64,000 nt of DNA from Neodothiora populina. Its lineage: Eukaryota. Positions 1-12,646 of the stretch are shown piece by piece (the stretch's first letter is position 1; each line of letters opens with the position of its first letter). The stretch covers positions 682,001-746,000 of the forward strand of contig NW_027191417.1 of the NCBI RefSeq assembly GCF_041146345.1. The letters run 5' to 3'. The notes under the pieces were generated by a model, which made no database searches, was not told where the DNA came from, and saw nothing but the letters and a program-made list of their open reading frames with translations. The position numbers and the translations under genes are program-made.

Positions 1-101
1 GACTTGCCGCTGCCCTACGGCGTTCGCAGAGAATCGAGCACAAGCCATCTGCAATGCGGAGCAGCAAGCGAGAGCCGGACGCGTCGAAATGGTCATATCA
101 G

Positions 102-3100
102 ATGGGAAATGAAGACACCGAGATCAAAGATGAACCCACAAAAAACGTCACGGATGCGCCAAAAAGGAAACGAAAGCAGACCGACACATCAGACAACAGA
201 TTCCTCTGTACCGAAGATGGGTGTGGCAAGAGCTATTCTAGAGCCGAACACCTTCACCGGCATCAACTGAATCGTGAGCATACCATGAACATAGTGAGTT
301 GCTTGCGAGCTTTGAAGCTGACAAGGTACAAGATGCGCCGAAGCAGATATTCTACTGCGACTTTGGTGGCTGCGATCGCCACTTCGTTCGTCAGGACTTG
401 TGTGCTAGACATCGGGAGAGGCACTTTAATACCAATTCACAGCTGTCTCGTAGATTCGCGACCAAGTCTGCGAGGCGCTCCGTTGAAGATGCAGACTCAT
501 CTGGTCCGACTGGGGAGTCTGCAAGAGTCAAACGATCAAGGTCGCATCACAGCACTGCAACAGCTCGATCGACTGAGCAATCTAGCCCTGCTTCCTCTGA
601 TACCTACGCAGGATCAAAAGCAAAGCTTGAGCTGCCCGAAGATGTCAAGGTAGCAAACCATGCTGTCACGAGTATACTTAATCCTCGAAGGCTAGACGAT
701 ACTTCGACCTCGTACCCGATATCAACATCGGAAGCGTTTTCACTGTCTGCATGCAGCGATCAAAGATCGCGATCAGATGTTGAAGATAGACTGGCTGATG
801 TATCCTACTTTCTCAAAACAAATACAAGCTCAAGCATTGCACATGGGCGCGAGAGCTCGGCAAACAACGGACGTCGCTTGTCGCCTTCTCGATATAACAA
901 CCAGAGGTCAAAGGACCATTCGTCTCATCTGCCCCAGCCACAACCTGTACAGGAGGAAACTCACGCGCCGAATCTCTTGACATCATATAGTGTCCATCGT
1001 ACGGAGCCGCAATGTCAAATGCAAGGAAGGTCCTCCAATTCATTCTCCTTTCCCGACTTCTCAATAAGACACACTGCACTGCCGTCATTAAGATTCTCAT
1101 CCCTCATGTCCCAGGACTCTAATTTCATGCGATCTGACTCAGCTACATCCTTCATCATGAAGAGCACAGATCCTTACAGTCAAACAATGACGATAAGCCA
1201 CGATGGCCATTTCGACGACTCTACGTTATTGCAAGCATTTCCCAATGTTACTACCGCGCCGGTCTTCAATCAGGAGACATTCAACCATTTTCAGTTCGGC
1301 ATGGGCGATGATTTCATGGATTGGCTTTTTGGTGATGAACAGAGGCGCTTGATGTCTTCCCCAATACCATACAACCCCAACAGTCTTCAAGATTCCTATC
1401 CGGGCACAGGAAAACAACACCAAACCGGGTTCGGTGTCGAATTGGATCCAGTGCCTTCCGTTACTCCAATCCCTAGCGTGCTTGATAGTGGGCAGCCTGA
1501 GTCAATGCTTAGTGTATGTCTTCATAACCAATCGAGATGATGTGAGGTCTTGCCATACTGACAACGTGTAGGCCTCACGTAGACTAAGTCTACTCAAATT
1601 TATACGAAAAGAATTCATAGACATCAAACACACCGAGGTTACTAAACGAGGACAAAAATTACTACAGGGTGACCTCGACCAGGATGGGCATGTGTTGAGC
1701 CTGCGAATGCTTCAAGTATATATCAGTTCTTTCTGGCTTCACACCCACACCCAGTTGCCCATAATGCACCGGCCTACCTTTTCGGCTGAGACCTGTCCGG
1801 ATCTCTTGCTGATCGCTGTTATGACCCTTGGGGCGTCTTGTCTGGAGAAGAGTCATGGAGTCGAGACTACACAAGCTTGCGCCGAGCTCTCTTTCTTCCT
1901 TGCATGGCATGCGCGGCATCTCATCCTTCGTGATCCAGAGTTCTCGGCACCTGCCAAACTCTGGGTCTTTCAGGCTTTGCTGCTCCTTGAGATCTTTGAG
2001 AAGCTCTACAGTACCAGATCTTTACACGAAAGAGCGCATGTGCACCACGCCACAACACTCACCTTGATGAGGCGAGGTAGTTCGCTCATTGGACGATCTG
2101 CAGTATATCCCGCATTGGTTGATGAGGATCCTACCAGAAGTCCACCTGGTCCAAATGGGTCCATCAACACTTCTGGTCAGAACACTTCTGATGCATGGTG
2201 GAACATCTGGATCAGTAACGAAGCCACTCGACGTGCTGCCTTTGCCGCTTTCATCCTTGATGTTACACATGCAACCATGTTCTGTCATTCCGCCGTGATG
2301 GCTCCTCATGAGATGAGGATTGCCCTGCCCTGCGATGAGGCGCTCTGGTCAGCAACAAGCGGCGAGGAAGCCCGGCGGTTGGAACAAAGCCTTGAGTCCC
2401 GGGCGTTAAAGCCTCTAAGCTTCCTCGAGGGGTTGAGAAAGACTCTGAATTGTCAGCCAATTCAGACAAACACGTTCGGACGAGTCACCATCATGGCGGG
2501 ATTGCTGAGCGTCAGCTGGCATATGAAGATGCAAGAGGTACGCGTCCATTCCGTGGGCGTGGGTAAGCAAAGTAGCTGGGTGGCTCAGTTGAAGAATGCC
2601 TTCGACCATTGGAAGCGGGACTTCGATACGAGTTTGGAGCATACGAATCGTAACTACAATCACCAATGGATCAATTCGTATGGCGTCGATGTCGAAAATG
2701 TTTTCGAGTCTCGAACAGTACTGCATCATCTCGCACATATGGCCATCAATGTCGACTTCATCGATTGCCAGATCTTCGCAGGTGCGAAACGCCTTCTAGG
2801 CCGCGATGTCACTTCAAACGAACATGCCGCAGTAGCGAAAAGGATGAAGGAAAGCTGGGCTCGGAGCAAGAGAGGCCGGGAAGCTACCTTCTATGCCTTG
2901 CGGTTTCTGTCAGAGGTTCTCTTACCAAAGGACGACAGTGTCGGAACCACACACCATACTACTCCAGGTTTCTTATACTCTGCTCGAGACGATCATCTAT
3001 TGAATAGGCCGGTAAGTGTTGTTGAAGAGGAGACGTCAACCAATTGAATTCTTCTGACAGTGTAGTAGTGGGTGCTATATCTCGCCACGCTCACTGTCTG

Positions 3101-3371
3101 GGCTTATGGCTACGCGTTAGACGGACCAATTGCTCCACCTACCTACACTTTCTCTTCTCTCGACAACACCATCTACGACATGTCGTGTTTTTTGAAGCGT
3201 GTGGGTGGCATTCGGACCCCAGATGACCTACAGTTCGTTGAACAACGCAATAATTGCTTGGGACTTCTCATGCTACTCCGAGACGACTTCTGCATGGCGA
3301 GATGGGAGCTTCTCCACGAAGCCTCGGCTATGCTAGGGAACTGTATACGACTATTGATGCCGGGAATATAG
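102..3371 (+). CDS. C2H2 zinc-finger transcription factor with fungal-specific TF domain; exons 102-273, 333-1513, 1572-3011, 3069-3371
   Basis: Two C2H2 fingers (CTEDGCGKSYSRAEHLHRHQLNH; CDFGGCDRHFVRQDLCARHRERH) joined across a GTGAGC..CTGAC..AG intron; later YISSFWLHTHTQLPIMHRPTF and EATRRAAFAAFILD...LPCDEALW motifs typical of the Fungal_trans domain; three introns keep the frame. Confidence 0.9.
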
Positions 3372-5729
3372 AGGGTTTACATCGGCATATAGTACAAAAC
3401 ACTCTTATAATATCGGAGAACCGTGTCGGAAGGATACTTCGGCAATCTACTGCATCCCATTATCTGAACTGTGCTGTGTACACGGCAAGTTGTACGATCG
3501 AGGCGAAGGAGCTTGTCACGTTACTTGGACTTTTCTGACATGATAGTATTGAGCATCCGGGTTTCTTGCGAATTAGCATCGTGACTGACGGTTGAAGACG
3601 TTGTTGCACATGCATCTCATGGAAGATGGGCCTCTCCTGTCTTGAGCCTACCACTTGGGAGACGCATACAGGGGTAATCGGTAGGAGAACGTCCAGCCAC
3701 AGGTGCGAAATCACATGATTTCGTGTCAAGCGCGTGCATGATGGTTTGCATAAAAGCTACAGACCGCACAGCCCATGCACAAAGATAGTCGAGCTAGACG
3801 AGCCGCCAGTGGCTTTATGCTTGCTCGTAGCATGTGGCAGATGGTAACTTTGACCTAAGGTACCTTATTTTTACAGAATAAGGAATGCTTCGACGTGTCG
3901 CGGGGGATTCCCTCTCTCGCATGAAGAACCCTGCACTGACCATATTCATGCACACTAAGACGAAAGGGCTGCATGACAGGAGTCTTTAGTACGGACTTTC
4001 CTCGGCCACGACAAGCAAGCCAATACAGTAGCACCCCATTGCAAGCATTATACCGATGGTCTAGAAGAAGTCATTTTCTCACTACAAATCAAGTAACATC
4101 AATGCGATAATCCTTGGGAGTCTGGCTCTGCGGACATCACGACACTCATGACGTAGACCATACACTATGATTGGATTCCCAGTGGTGTGAGTGTCGGTTG
4201 TCAAGAGCAACAAACGTAGACAAACGGTACCATTGAGTGGCTACAGTGTATCTACAATCTACATTCTATCTCGTATCGATGGAGGGAGTTATCTTACTTC
4301 GAGATTGCGACTCGCTACCAATTGTGAGGACGCCAATCTTTAAGAATGGCGATAGCATTTGAGAAACCCTATGCGCCGCCTTGGTCTAGCGTCGGTCCGC
4401 CCGTCCCCGGTCGAGCTTCCGAGCTTCATACGATGGAACTTCCGGCTGTGTGGGCAGTCAAGAGCTTCTGTATCTTTCAAAAGTATCACGAGTGCAAGTA
4501 CGTACATGGACCTTATGCAACTTTGGCGCAGTGTACATACGCGTGCAAAGAACGTACCGCGATTTTTGCCTCTGATGCAATAGGGCGAACGCCGATCCAG
4601 TACTACCTATTTGTACATGAGAATTGTCCGATAGGACCGGTCGAAGTTGCCAGGCTCACGGCGAAACGCATATCCAATCGGTTTCTTATTGAGTGTGTAC
4701 AGTACTTGTAGAGATTCAGGCGGGCCGGAGTATTCGCCTGGATCGCGCAAAGGACAGCAAGGCACAAAAGCAGAGTAGCAGAGTATCTACGTATTCTACC
4801 TTAGTTTTGTTATACTGGTGGGATGAAGCCAAATGTGCGGAGGGAGTATTGTAAATTGCCGAGCATTCTACCATCCGTCGGCTCGCATTGCGCTTGCATA
4901 TGCCATAGCATTCGGAAGGGCAGTAGCCAAACCCGATCGACATGCTAGCTGTCAATCATGGTCCATATCGATATCCTGGGATACCGGAGCAAGTGACCTG
5001 CTCGTCTGACGTCTTCGATCAACTTGATTTCTATTTCAAAAGTTGAAGCCCATTTTGCAATTTCGATCAGGTCATCGAAGATGCAAAGATAGCATCATAC
5101 AGCGATCTTACACAACAAAAGCCTCGGGGATTAAAATTTGCAATTCGAGAGAAACGTTTGATGGCTACTTGATTGGTCGAATGGCTAAGGGCGTAGACGT
5201 GAGGATGCGAGCAAGGAGACAACGGCTTTTGCCCCCCCTTGGTCAAGGATTCGAGGGGCCACAGTCCAGGGAGACGGGTCTTTTTGCCCTCGAAGTCGTG
5301 CAGGATTTGGACCGTGTAAATTGTAGCGTAGCCTGCGGTCCGCACCGGTGCCAGGCTTCCGAGCAACAACAACAGAAGATATAGCGCCACTTGCTACCCC
5401 CAACGGGCTAGGGGCTTTGTGGGGACTCGATCGCCAATCCAATCCCTTGGAAATCCACCTGCAGAGCATCCTGCATGCCAGTCCGTCCTAGCGGCAAACG
5501 GCAGCGTTGCTGCTGTTGCAGGACCATCGTCGTTCCAGGGCGAAACCGAATTGGCATACATAGGTAGTTATCCTTCCGTCCAGTTGCCAGATGTTGCTTC
5601 AGTTCCACTTTCATACCCGTCATTCATTTCCCCATTACTCTGTTTGGAAAGGCATGAGTCCAGAGCGAATCTTACAAGCACTCGTATGATTATATAGGAG
5701 CAAATTCGCAATCTACAGGCCGACCTGAA

Positions 5730-6626
5730 ATGGCGTCTCCAGCACACTATCCTCGATCGACTCCGGTCACTTCGACATACTTTGATTATCAGCCTGCTTC
5801 GTGCAACGTATCACCCATGAGGCCGCGGAAAACAGACGTTTCCCGTCTGGATGCATTCCATCAGAGACCAGAATCACCTTTCGAGTACCCTCCCAATGCG
5901 AGCCTCTATGCAAAGCGCGCATTGCCTCCTCTGCCGCCTATGGCTGCAAGGAGACCACTAAGCAGCCGTCCATCCACAGACTCTATGCGTTCTGGTAGAC
6001 CGAGCATCAGCACAGTGGATAGACAGTCATACGACAAATGTCTTCCTCCGCTACCACCTTCTCTCCATGAGTGCCCATCGCTCGAGTCAATGACCTCGAA
6101 TGGAAGACAGTCACGCCAACGCAATGGTCGCGGCATGAGCTTCCGCAACCTCATAAACCGTCACTCTGCCACTTCAATGGATGATATCCCTTCCTTGACT
6201 TCATCCATGAGCAGCCGCAACTCTCGCACCGATTCCGTTGTCGGTGACAGTACCATCGGCTCAGACACTGCTAGCACATGCCACATGCCCAGCAACAGAC
6301 GACCTTCATTGTCTCTCACGCATCTGCGCACAGCATCAAGAAAAGTCAATGCTGCTCCGCCACCACTCCCCACTCGACCAGTAACTGGTCGCAAGCACAG
6401 TGCCAGCGTCTCCAGTGCGCACAGGTGGAACCCCTTCCGCAACTCAGATGCAGATAAGGAAGACATTCCTCCCATGCCAGCAACTCCTCCATACATCCAG
6501 GAGCTGAGCTTCGGCAAGTGCTACTACTTCTTTGCTCGCAACTGCAATGGATATGTCCTCTCCAACGGTGCTAGTGGTGATGCTTGCGAGAACTGCGCGA
6601 ATGCTGGTTACCTCGGCTCGCCATGA
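5730..6626 (+). CDS. Hypothetical Pro/Ser/Arg-rich protein (298 aa) with C-terminal Cys4 motif
   Basis: Intronless ATG-TGA ORF; low-complexity body with LPPLP motifs; ends in CYYFFARNCNGYVLSNGASGDACENC. Confidence 0.75.
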   Translation: MASPAHYPRSTPVTSTYFDYQPASCNVSPMRPRKTDVSRLDAFHQRPESPFEYPPNASLYAKRALPPLPPMAARRPLSSRPSTDSMRSGRPSISTVDRQSYDKCLPPLPPSLHECPSLESMTSNGRQSRQRNGRGMSFRNLINRHSATSMDDIPSLTSSMSSRNSRTDSVVGDSTIGSDTASTCHMPSNRRPSLSLTHLRTASRKVNAAPPPLPTRPVTGRKHSASVSSAHRWNPFRNSDADKEDIPPMPATPPYIQELSFGKCYYFFARNCNGYVLSNGASGDACENCANAGYLGSP

Positions 6627-7236
6627 ACAATGACAGAAACTTCGCTACTATGAGAGCGAAGTCTGTGAATGAACCATCAACTTAGGAAAACCAACTGGTC
6701 TTCTGCAAAAGGTCCATAGGGACCAACCAAACGCCAATCATACTATTCAATAGTATGATGCCGGCCGAGCATAGTCTCGAGGGCAGGCCGCGATCGATGA
6801 CCCTTGACCAGTCGGCAAGGCGAAGAAGAAGCAACACGTACTGGCCTATCCAGACGGTGCTTTAGATTGCGTGCAAAGCGTACAAGCCATTGGGATATGG
6901 AACGCGACACGATACTCCATCGAAGACACGAATTTCCTACATTTCTCATGCAATATCCTGTATGGGATAAATATTTATGACTGGGATATTGTTCATTATT
7001 TACAATCGTGAACCTTGGAACTTGCTATGAACTTACGAACCACATTTTTACTCTACGTATCAAGACAAATACAATACTGTCTACCACAATCCATTGTCTC
7101 TGTAACCATCTTGACGCTTGCTTGACTTGACCTCTGACCTCGTGTGTGCATTCCTCTATGGATTTGTTTACATCAAACAACAACATTATCAAACGGTTTA
7201 CAAAACAATCACAATGAAATGAACATCAACAACAAA

Positions 7237-7516
7237 CGAGAAACGAGCCAGACCCCTCGCTCATCTCGAAACGCGCAACAGTTCTCCCTTGAGAACAACG
7301 TCTTTCTCTTTGCTTCGCAACGGTATAGTTGCGAGAACGTTGTTGCAATAACTGCCTAAACGTCGTCGTGAAAAAGTCCCCACACAGCACGAAAGCAACA
7401 ACACACCTGAAAGCCCCATAGCCCAACTTTGGGTGAGCTTCCTAATTCGGAGAAGGACGGGCTGTTGGCCTCTTGCACAAGACGAAAGGAGAGTTTCACC
7501 CCTCTTGTGCTTCTCC
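7237..7516 (-). ncRNA. Candidate structured non-coding RNA or structured UTR of unknown family
   Basis: Five back-to-back helices found by eye, several extended by G-U pairs on the minus strand only; U-rich tail downstream; no convincing CDS (see findings). Confidence 0.4.
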
Positions 7517-7600
7517 TTTTTAAGGTTTCGAGTCGCCTGTTTATGCATGGAACCCTGTCTTCTCCGGGTCTGTCGAACAACTTCGGTCGTCCTCGAAGCT

Positions 7601-7621
7601 CTGCTGCTGCTGCTGCTGCTG
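7601..7621. repeat. (CTG)7 microsatellite
   Basis: Direct reading. Confidence 0.9.
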
Positions 7622-9778
7622 CAGGGTACGGGGACTGCGCCTACTTGCCTACCTACTTGCAGTGCCGTATCTTGGGGAGCGGAGTACATTGACATGTGCA
7701 TTCGAAATGTATAGTACAGTAGTAATGCACACAGTACTTGCAGAGTGTGCACCGTGACATCCCCCCCCCCTTTCGCACATGGCTACCCTGCTGGATCTTT
7801 TCTTCTGCGATCTTGTATCTGACAGTGGCCGGGTTATATCCTTGTGAATCCAAAACGCCACTGTCGACATCCATCTATCTCGGCGAATTGACTGCTACTT
7901 TTGTATCTTTGACATGTGGGGGTTGAGTGGGTATGCTGTGACGACGGTCATAAGGTGGAATCAGATATTCATAATTTCATGGCAGAGTGCATCTTGCTGT
8001 GCATGCAGTTCACGCGCGCTCCTTCCCAGGAGGAAACAGTAGGTTCAACCAGTTGATCGCGAAACAGCGATAAAATGCCCGAGGCACAACATCCCAAAGC
8101 TAAGGTAGATTATACGAAGACGTTGAAAGAAGAGGCCGTTCAGAGAGAGGGGTCAGGAAGGGAGAAGCAGGGTGACCACTCAACATAGCCAACCAAAAGC
8201 AGGGCAAACATCAAGGGTACAAGAAGCATGAGCGACAGCAGCATTCTGGCGAGCTCGACCGTGACAAGAAAGTTAGGCATGGAATAAGGTGCTCATCCGT
8301 CCCCATCTCACTCCATCCCACAATGAAGTTGAGATCGGTGATCGACGAATACCCTACCTAGGCCCACCCCACCTCGCTCTGGACTGCCCGTCTGGCTCGG
8401 GTAATTAGCGCTTCCGGCTCGCGTGTGCACCTACTTTTCTTTGCGCCTTTACACCCCCTGGCCCTCCCAGAGTAACCTTAAGATACAGCTCCATGAGCCA
8501 CGGGCCGCCGAGGTTGGTTAGCGATGAAGTCTTTCTCCGGCTCGGTTCATGGACCTTTTCCGTCTCTGGTGTTCTGATCCGGGAGATCGCACCTCTACGC
8601 GAGTGAAGTGACTTTGGTCTATGCGGCTCCACTTCCGCCTCGAAGGTTTCAAAAGGGGAACAGGAAAGGCTTGTACTTTCTGCAGACTGGGTGTCGATCA
8701 TTGCGTGTTTAGCGTGTTAATACTACACCTCACTCGCTTACTTGGGAAAGGAAAGAAGGATGGTTGGATGAATGCGGTTCGACATCACGACCGAGATGGC
8801 GGACAAGGTTGTCGGTCATGTACAGTGGTAGTAGTCTTGTATCCTCATTTGTCTCTTCGTTGCTCTTGTCCGTATGCAAACCCGATATGCTGGGAGGAAA
8901 TCCCCCCAGTACAGATACTGTACTCTTCGTGGCTTATGGCCGACAGCCAAGCCGTGTAAAGCCGTCACTCTGATTCTTGTTCGGTCTACTGCACATTGCG
9001 GCAAAAGTACTTGTGCTATTACATGTAGTGTGTACTCCTGACGAGATTCTCCGACACGCCCATTCACCACCTTATGCTAAGATACTGGAATACACTTTGC
9101 CGGCCCTGTCGACTGCGGACAAGCGCCAAGATAAAGGTCCACACGTGTTTCTTCAGTATTTGACCATGCTTGGGTTCATGTTACCAAACTCAAGCGAGGA
9201 CCATGAGGAGTAAACCGCGAAGAGGTATTCTGCTTTCCCCGCAAGCTCGAGCGTCGGCCGCTCTTACTCCATCATACGCCTTGACTTGCCTGTGCGCATC
9301 TTATAGCCAGAGCGCCTTCAAGAACGGTCTTCAAAATGGATAATGAAGAGACCCGCCACACTCAAAGTCATTGAGACCGGGCGATCTCTCATCGGTAGAG
9401 GCTCCGATAGCCATAGCAGAAAAGATGATTTCCTGCAAGAACTTTATCGAGGCAGGTGGTAATTCAGCCACTGCCGTACTAGCGGGTGTCGCTCAACGAA
9501 GCGTTGTTCAGCCATGGTTGCACTCAACACTCGCACGACCGCAAGAACGCGACACAGGCAAGCGCCACTGTTGAGGTGCAATGAATCGACCGATTGAACA
9601 CACAATGGCTTCACATACTCTTCTTGAAAGTTAAGGAGTTGATTTTTGACCGTGTAAGAGCATTCGCGAATGCGCGTTTGGTCGCACGACTCCGCAGCAA
9701 GCCGGCCATAGCGCAGGGTGGTACGACTGCATTGATGTATGTCGTCGCAGACGGACCTCGATGGCCAGAGCAGATCGA

Positions 9779-10543
9779 TTACCACCATCGCACGCCAAAC
9801 ATCTTTCCTTGATTCCTCTTGTCAAGCTTGCCCTTTTCGGCATTCTCAAGCCATATGCGCTCGTGACCGGGAACATCGAGAGCGAGAAGATGGTACTGGA
9901 AGTCGCTCTCATCCTTCCGACGAGTCATATGGACATTGACAACACCAGAAGCGAGGGGTCCAGAGACGTAAAAATGCATATGCATGTGGGTAGTTCCAAT
10001 GCGATCGGTTTCGGTGCGAGAGCTGTGGAAGAGAGATCAATACACATGCGCTTTCATCGTTGTGGCAGCAATCACTTACGCAATAGTTCTGTTCCTCGCC
10101 CAACGACTCCAGCTGGGTTCCCCATGTGCCTCGATTTCAGAAGAGTGTGCTTTGCCAGCTAGGATCTCGATACAGCGCGGATCATCACGGATCCTGTTGG
10201 CGCATCTGTTGAAGACAGCGGTTTTGCTCTCGGTGCTGAAGACTTCGGTATAGAGGACATATGAGACACCGGCGGTCATGGCAATAGCGACAAGCAACAC
10301 GCCAAAGTTGACTGATTGCTGCGTCGTTCGTGCTGCCTTTTCTTTGATCGACAAGTCTCGCCACGGCACTCTTCCAGTATCCGACATGACCGTCACTGCC
10401 CGTCGCGGCGGGGCAGCTTTTGAGGAAGAGGAGCCATGTGGGAGTGAAGATGATGTCGCCCTGCGGCATTGGTCTCTGATTCTGCCACTCAAACGGACTG
10501 CGTGCCTGACCTGGAGGCGTGGAGCTACGTAGACAAGCGACAT
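9779..10543 (-). CDS. TIM21: Mitochondrial import inner membrane translocase subunit Tim21; exons 10543-10080, 10022-9779
   Basis: Arg-rich presequence, WRDLSIKEKAARTTQQSVNFG, single TM helix, AHGEPSWSRWARNR, HMHMHFYVSGP, C-terminal KMFGVRWW; GTAAGT..CAG intron 10079-10023. Confidence 0.92.
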
Positions 10544-11021
10544 GATGACCCGGCGTCGGAGGGGTAATAATTTTACAGTGATGGCGTTTCTGATATACGC
10601 TGGTTGGTAGATAGTACAGGTGACTAAATTCCCTGCAGTCTGGTGCTCTTGTTTCGTGTGATATGGAGCAGGATATGATCTTATAGCATCGAGCTGGTGG
10701 TATTTCTTACCTTGATCTATCCTAGAGACACACGAGCAGAATGAACGTCTACCGGAAGGCTTATTCAGACATGCATCTGAGCTTTTGCGGCGAGGGCGAG
10801 AGCTGTTTTCCCGCTATGCGTCCCTCGGCAGTGCAGTTAGCGCCAAGCTCTACGACGTGCTACTGTTCGGAGGTGGAATATCTAATATCCGCAATCAACA
10901 ACTACAGTACTTTATCTTATTGTACTCACATCATGATTTGATGTTATTCTTGTTGCTTCGTAGTTGAATCCTAGCAGAAAAGTAACTGGGGAACTACTTG
11001 GGGCGGTCTTAGTGCCTGAGA

Positions 11022-12646
11022 ATGGATTCTAACCGGGCATTGAAACGACTCCTCCATGTCCTGTCTGAACGAGACATCGGGCTTGGTGAGGATGATCTCG
11101 GCTGGCTGTTTGAATCTCCTGACACGAGGGATGACATGATTGCATGGGTGAACGAATATCTGAATGTTGATACACTACTTAGTCCGGAGGAGCTAGAACT
11201 GTATGTTGATTGTGCTTTGGTTCGAAAATAGAGGTGGAATGCATAAATCTGACTTGAATTGTCTATAGCTACTCTGAAGTGGTTGGCACTCAACTCGGTA
11301 TCAAATCAGGTGTGACATCTGACCCTGCTGCCCGCCCGCTCTCAGATACAGATCTCGAGGCATCTATCAAGACTCTCGAGAATAGTACTGCAGCAATTGA
11401 TCAACAATGCGCAATTCTGCAGACTCAGCTGGATGCTATCAAACAAATTCGACTTCAGAATGATATCTCTTGTGCTTCCGATGCTACCACCGGACCGACT
11501 AAGCAGTTGAGCAGTTTTGAGACGCCTCGTGAGTCCCAGCAGGATGGCTGTTCTGTCAGTGATCTTTCTTCTCGCGTGACTTCTCTCAATCGCCAAGCGA
11601 ACACTGCGATTGCTTCGATGGAAACCGCTGCGCGCAAGCAGCTTGAGAAGGACGATCGCCTACTAAACTCGTTACAAGCATTCATAAGCAAGCTAGATCA
11701 GCCAGAATTACGAGACTCGCAGATCAACGAGATCGAAAGCCTGTGTCAAGCGCTGACATCTTTGCAAGGCACAATCGCTAAGAAGCGTGCCAACGAAGCC
11801 TACAATGCTGCGTTCAAGCAAGCAAGCGAGAAGACAATATATCTGGGTTCACCCCCGAATGATGATCTAGAGAGCGCAGCCATTGCAGACGAGCTCGATA
11901 GCCTGGTTGAAGAGATTGACACTGTGCTGGAAATGGTGGTCGATAACGAGTACCGGCGACCACTTCTTCATGTCCTTCAAAACAATGCAGCAGAGGAACG
12001 CGAACGACAGCGGGTATGCTTATCGTACATACAGCAAACGCTACGGCAAATGACGGCTAGATTGCAAAATCTATCTGCACATGTCCAGGAGACGCATTCT
12101 TACAGTGCTGCGCTTGAGGAAGTAGCGAGCTTGCTCGAGAAGATCCCATCCACAGAACCAACGACAAGCACCATGCAGCTAGCGATGTCCAGACCCGTTC
12201 ACAAGGCAATCAGAGACCTGGTTCTTCCTGCCTCAGCACCCTCCAATGCCGTATCCGACTTCTTTCGCCACTATGGCATTCCTGTTACTTCACCTCAGGT
12301 GGCGGACGGGACTACAGGCACATCCGCCGTGGACACCGTTCTGAGCGAGCGCAAGGCACAACTTTTACGCGTTTCTCAGTCTACAGAGCAAAGCATTTCC
12401 CAACACATCTCGGATTCAATTGGCCAGGCGGACTCGCAGCTGCAAAGCCTGCTCCAAGCTGTGTATGCCTACTCACCTTATGCGACGGTCAATCTTGCGG
12501 ACCCAGCCATGTCGACTCGCTTGGCGCAACTTGACAAAAGTATAGAGAATGTGGGCGTACAGCTCAGGGGCTTCAACTTGTCTCAGATGATGGAGAATGA
12601 GTCAAAGCGAGTCGAAAAGGTACTGAACGATACAAATCATGATTAA
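11022..12646 (+). CDS. Coiled-coil protein, probable augmin subunit HAUS3/Dgt3-like; exons 11022-11200, 11269-12646
   Basis: N-terminal GEDDLGWLFES..MIAWVNEYLNVDTLLSPEELELY resembles the HAUS3 N-terminal pattern (GEDFDWLFE..W..N.LS..ELE, from memory); the rest is helical/coiled-coil; GTATGT..CTGAC..TAG intron. Confidence 0.7.

Noticed and set aside
3706..3723. Inverted repeat CGAAATCA-ca-TGATTTCG
   Set aside because: A single 8-bp arm pair is expected by chance; no transposon context.
4346..4711. 121-aa ORF with several Cys/His
   Set aside because: No recognisable domain or codon bias; cannot support as a gene, though not excluded.
7370..7640. AAAGTCCCC / GGGGACT resembling the RNase MRP P4 helix
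   Set aside because: Conserved regions are not in the required order on either strand.
7261..7752. 163-aa minus-strand ORF over the structured region
   Set aside because: No domain, atypical composition, runs through promoter-like motifs and a microsatellite.
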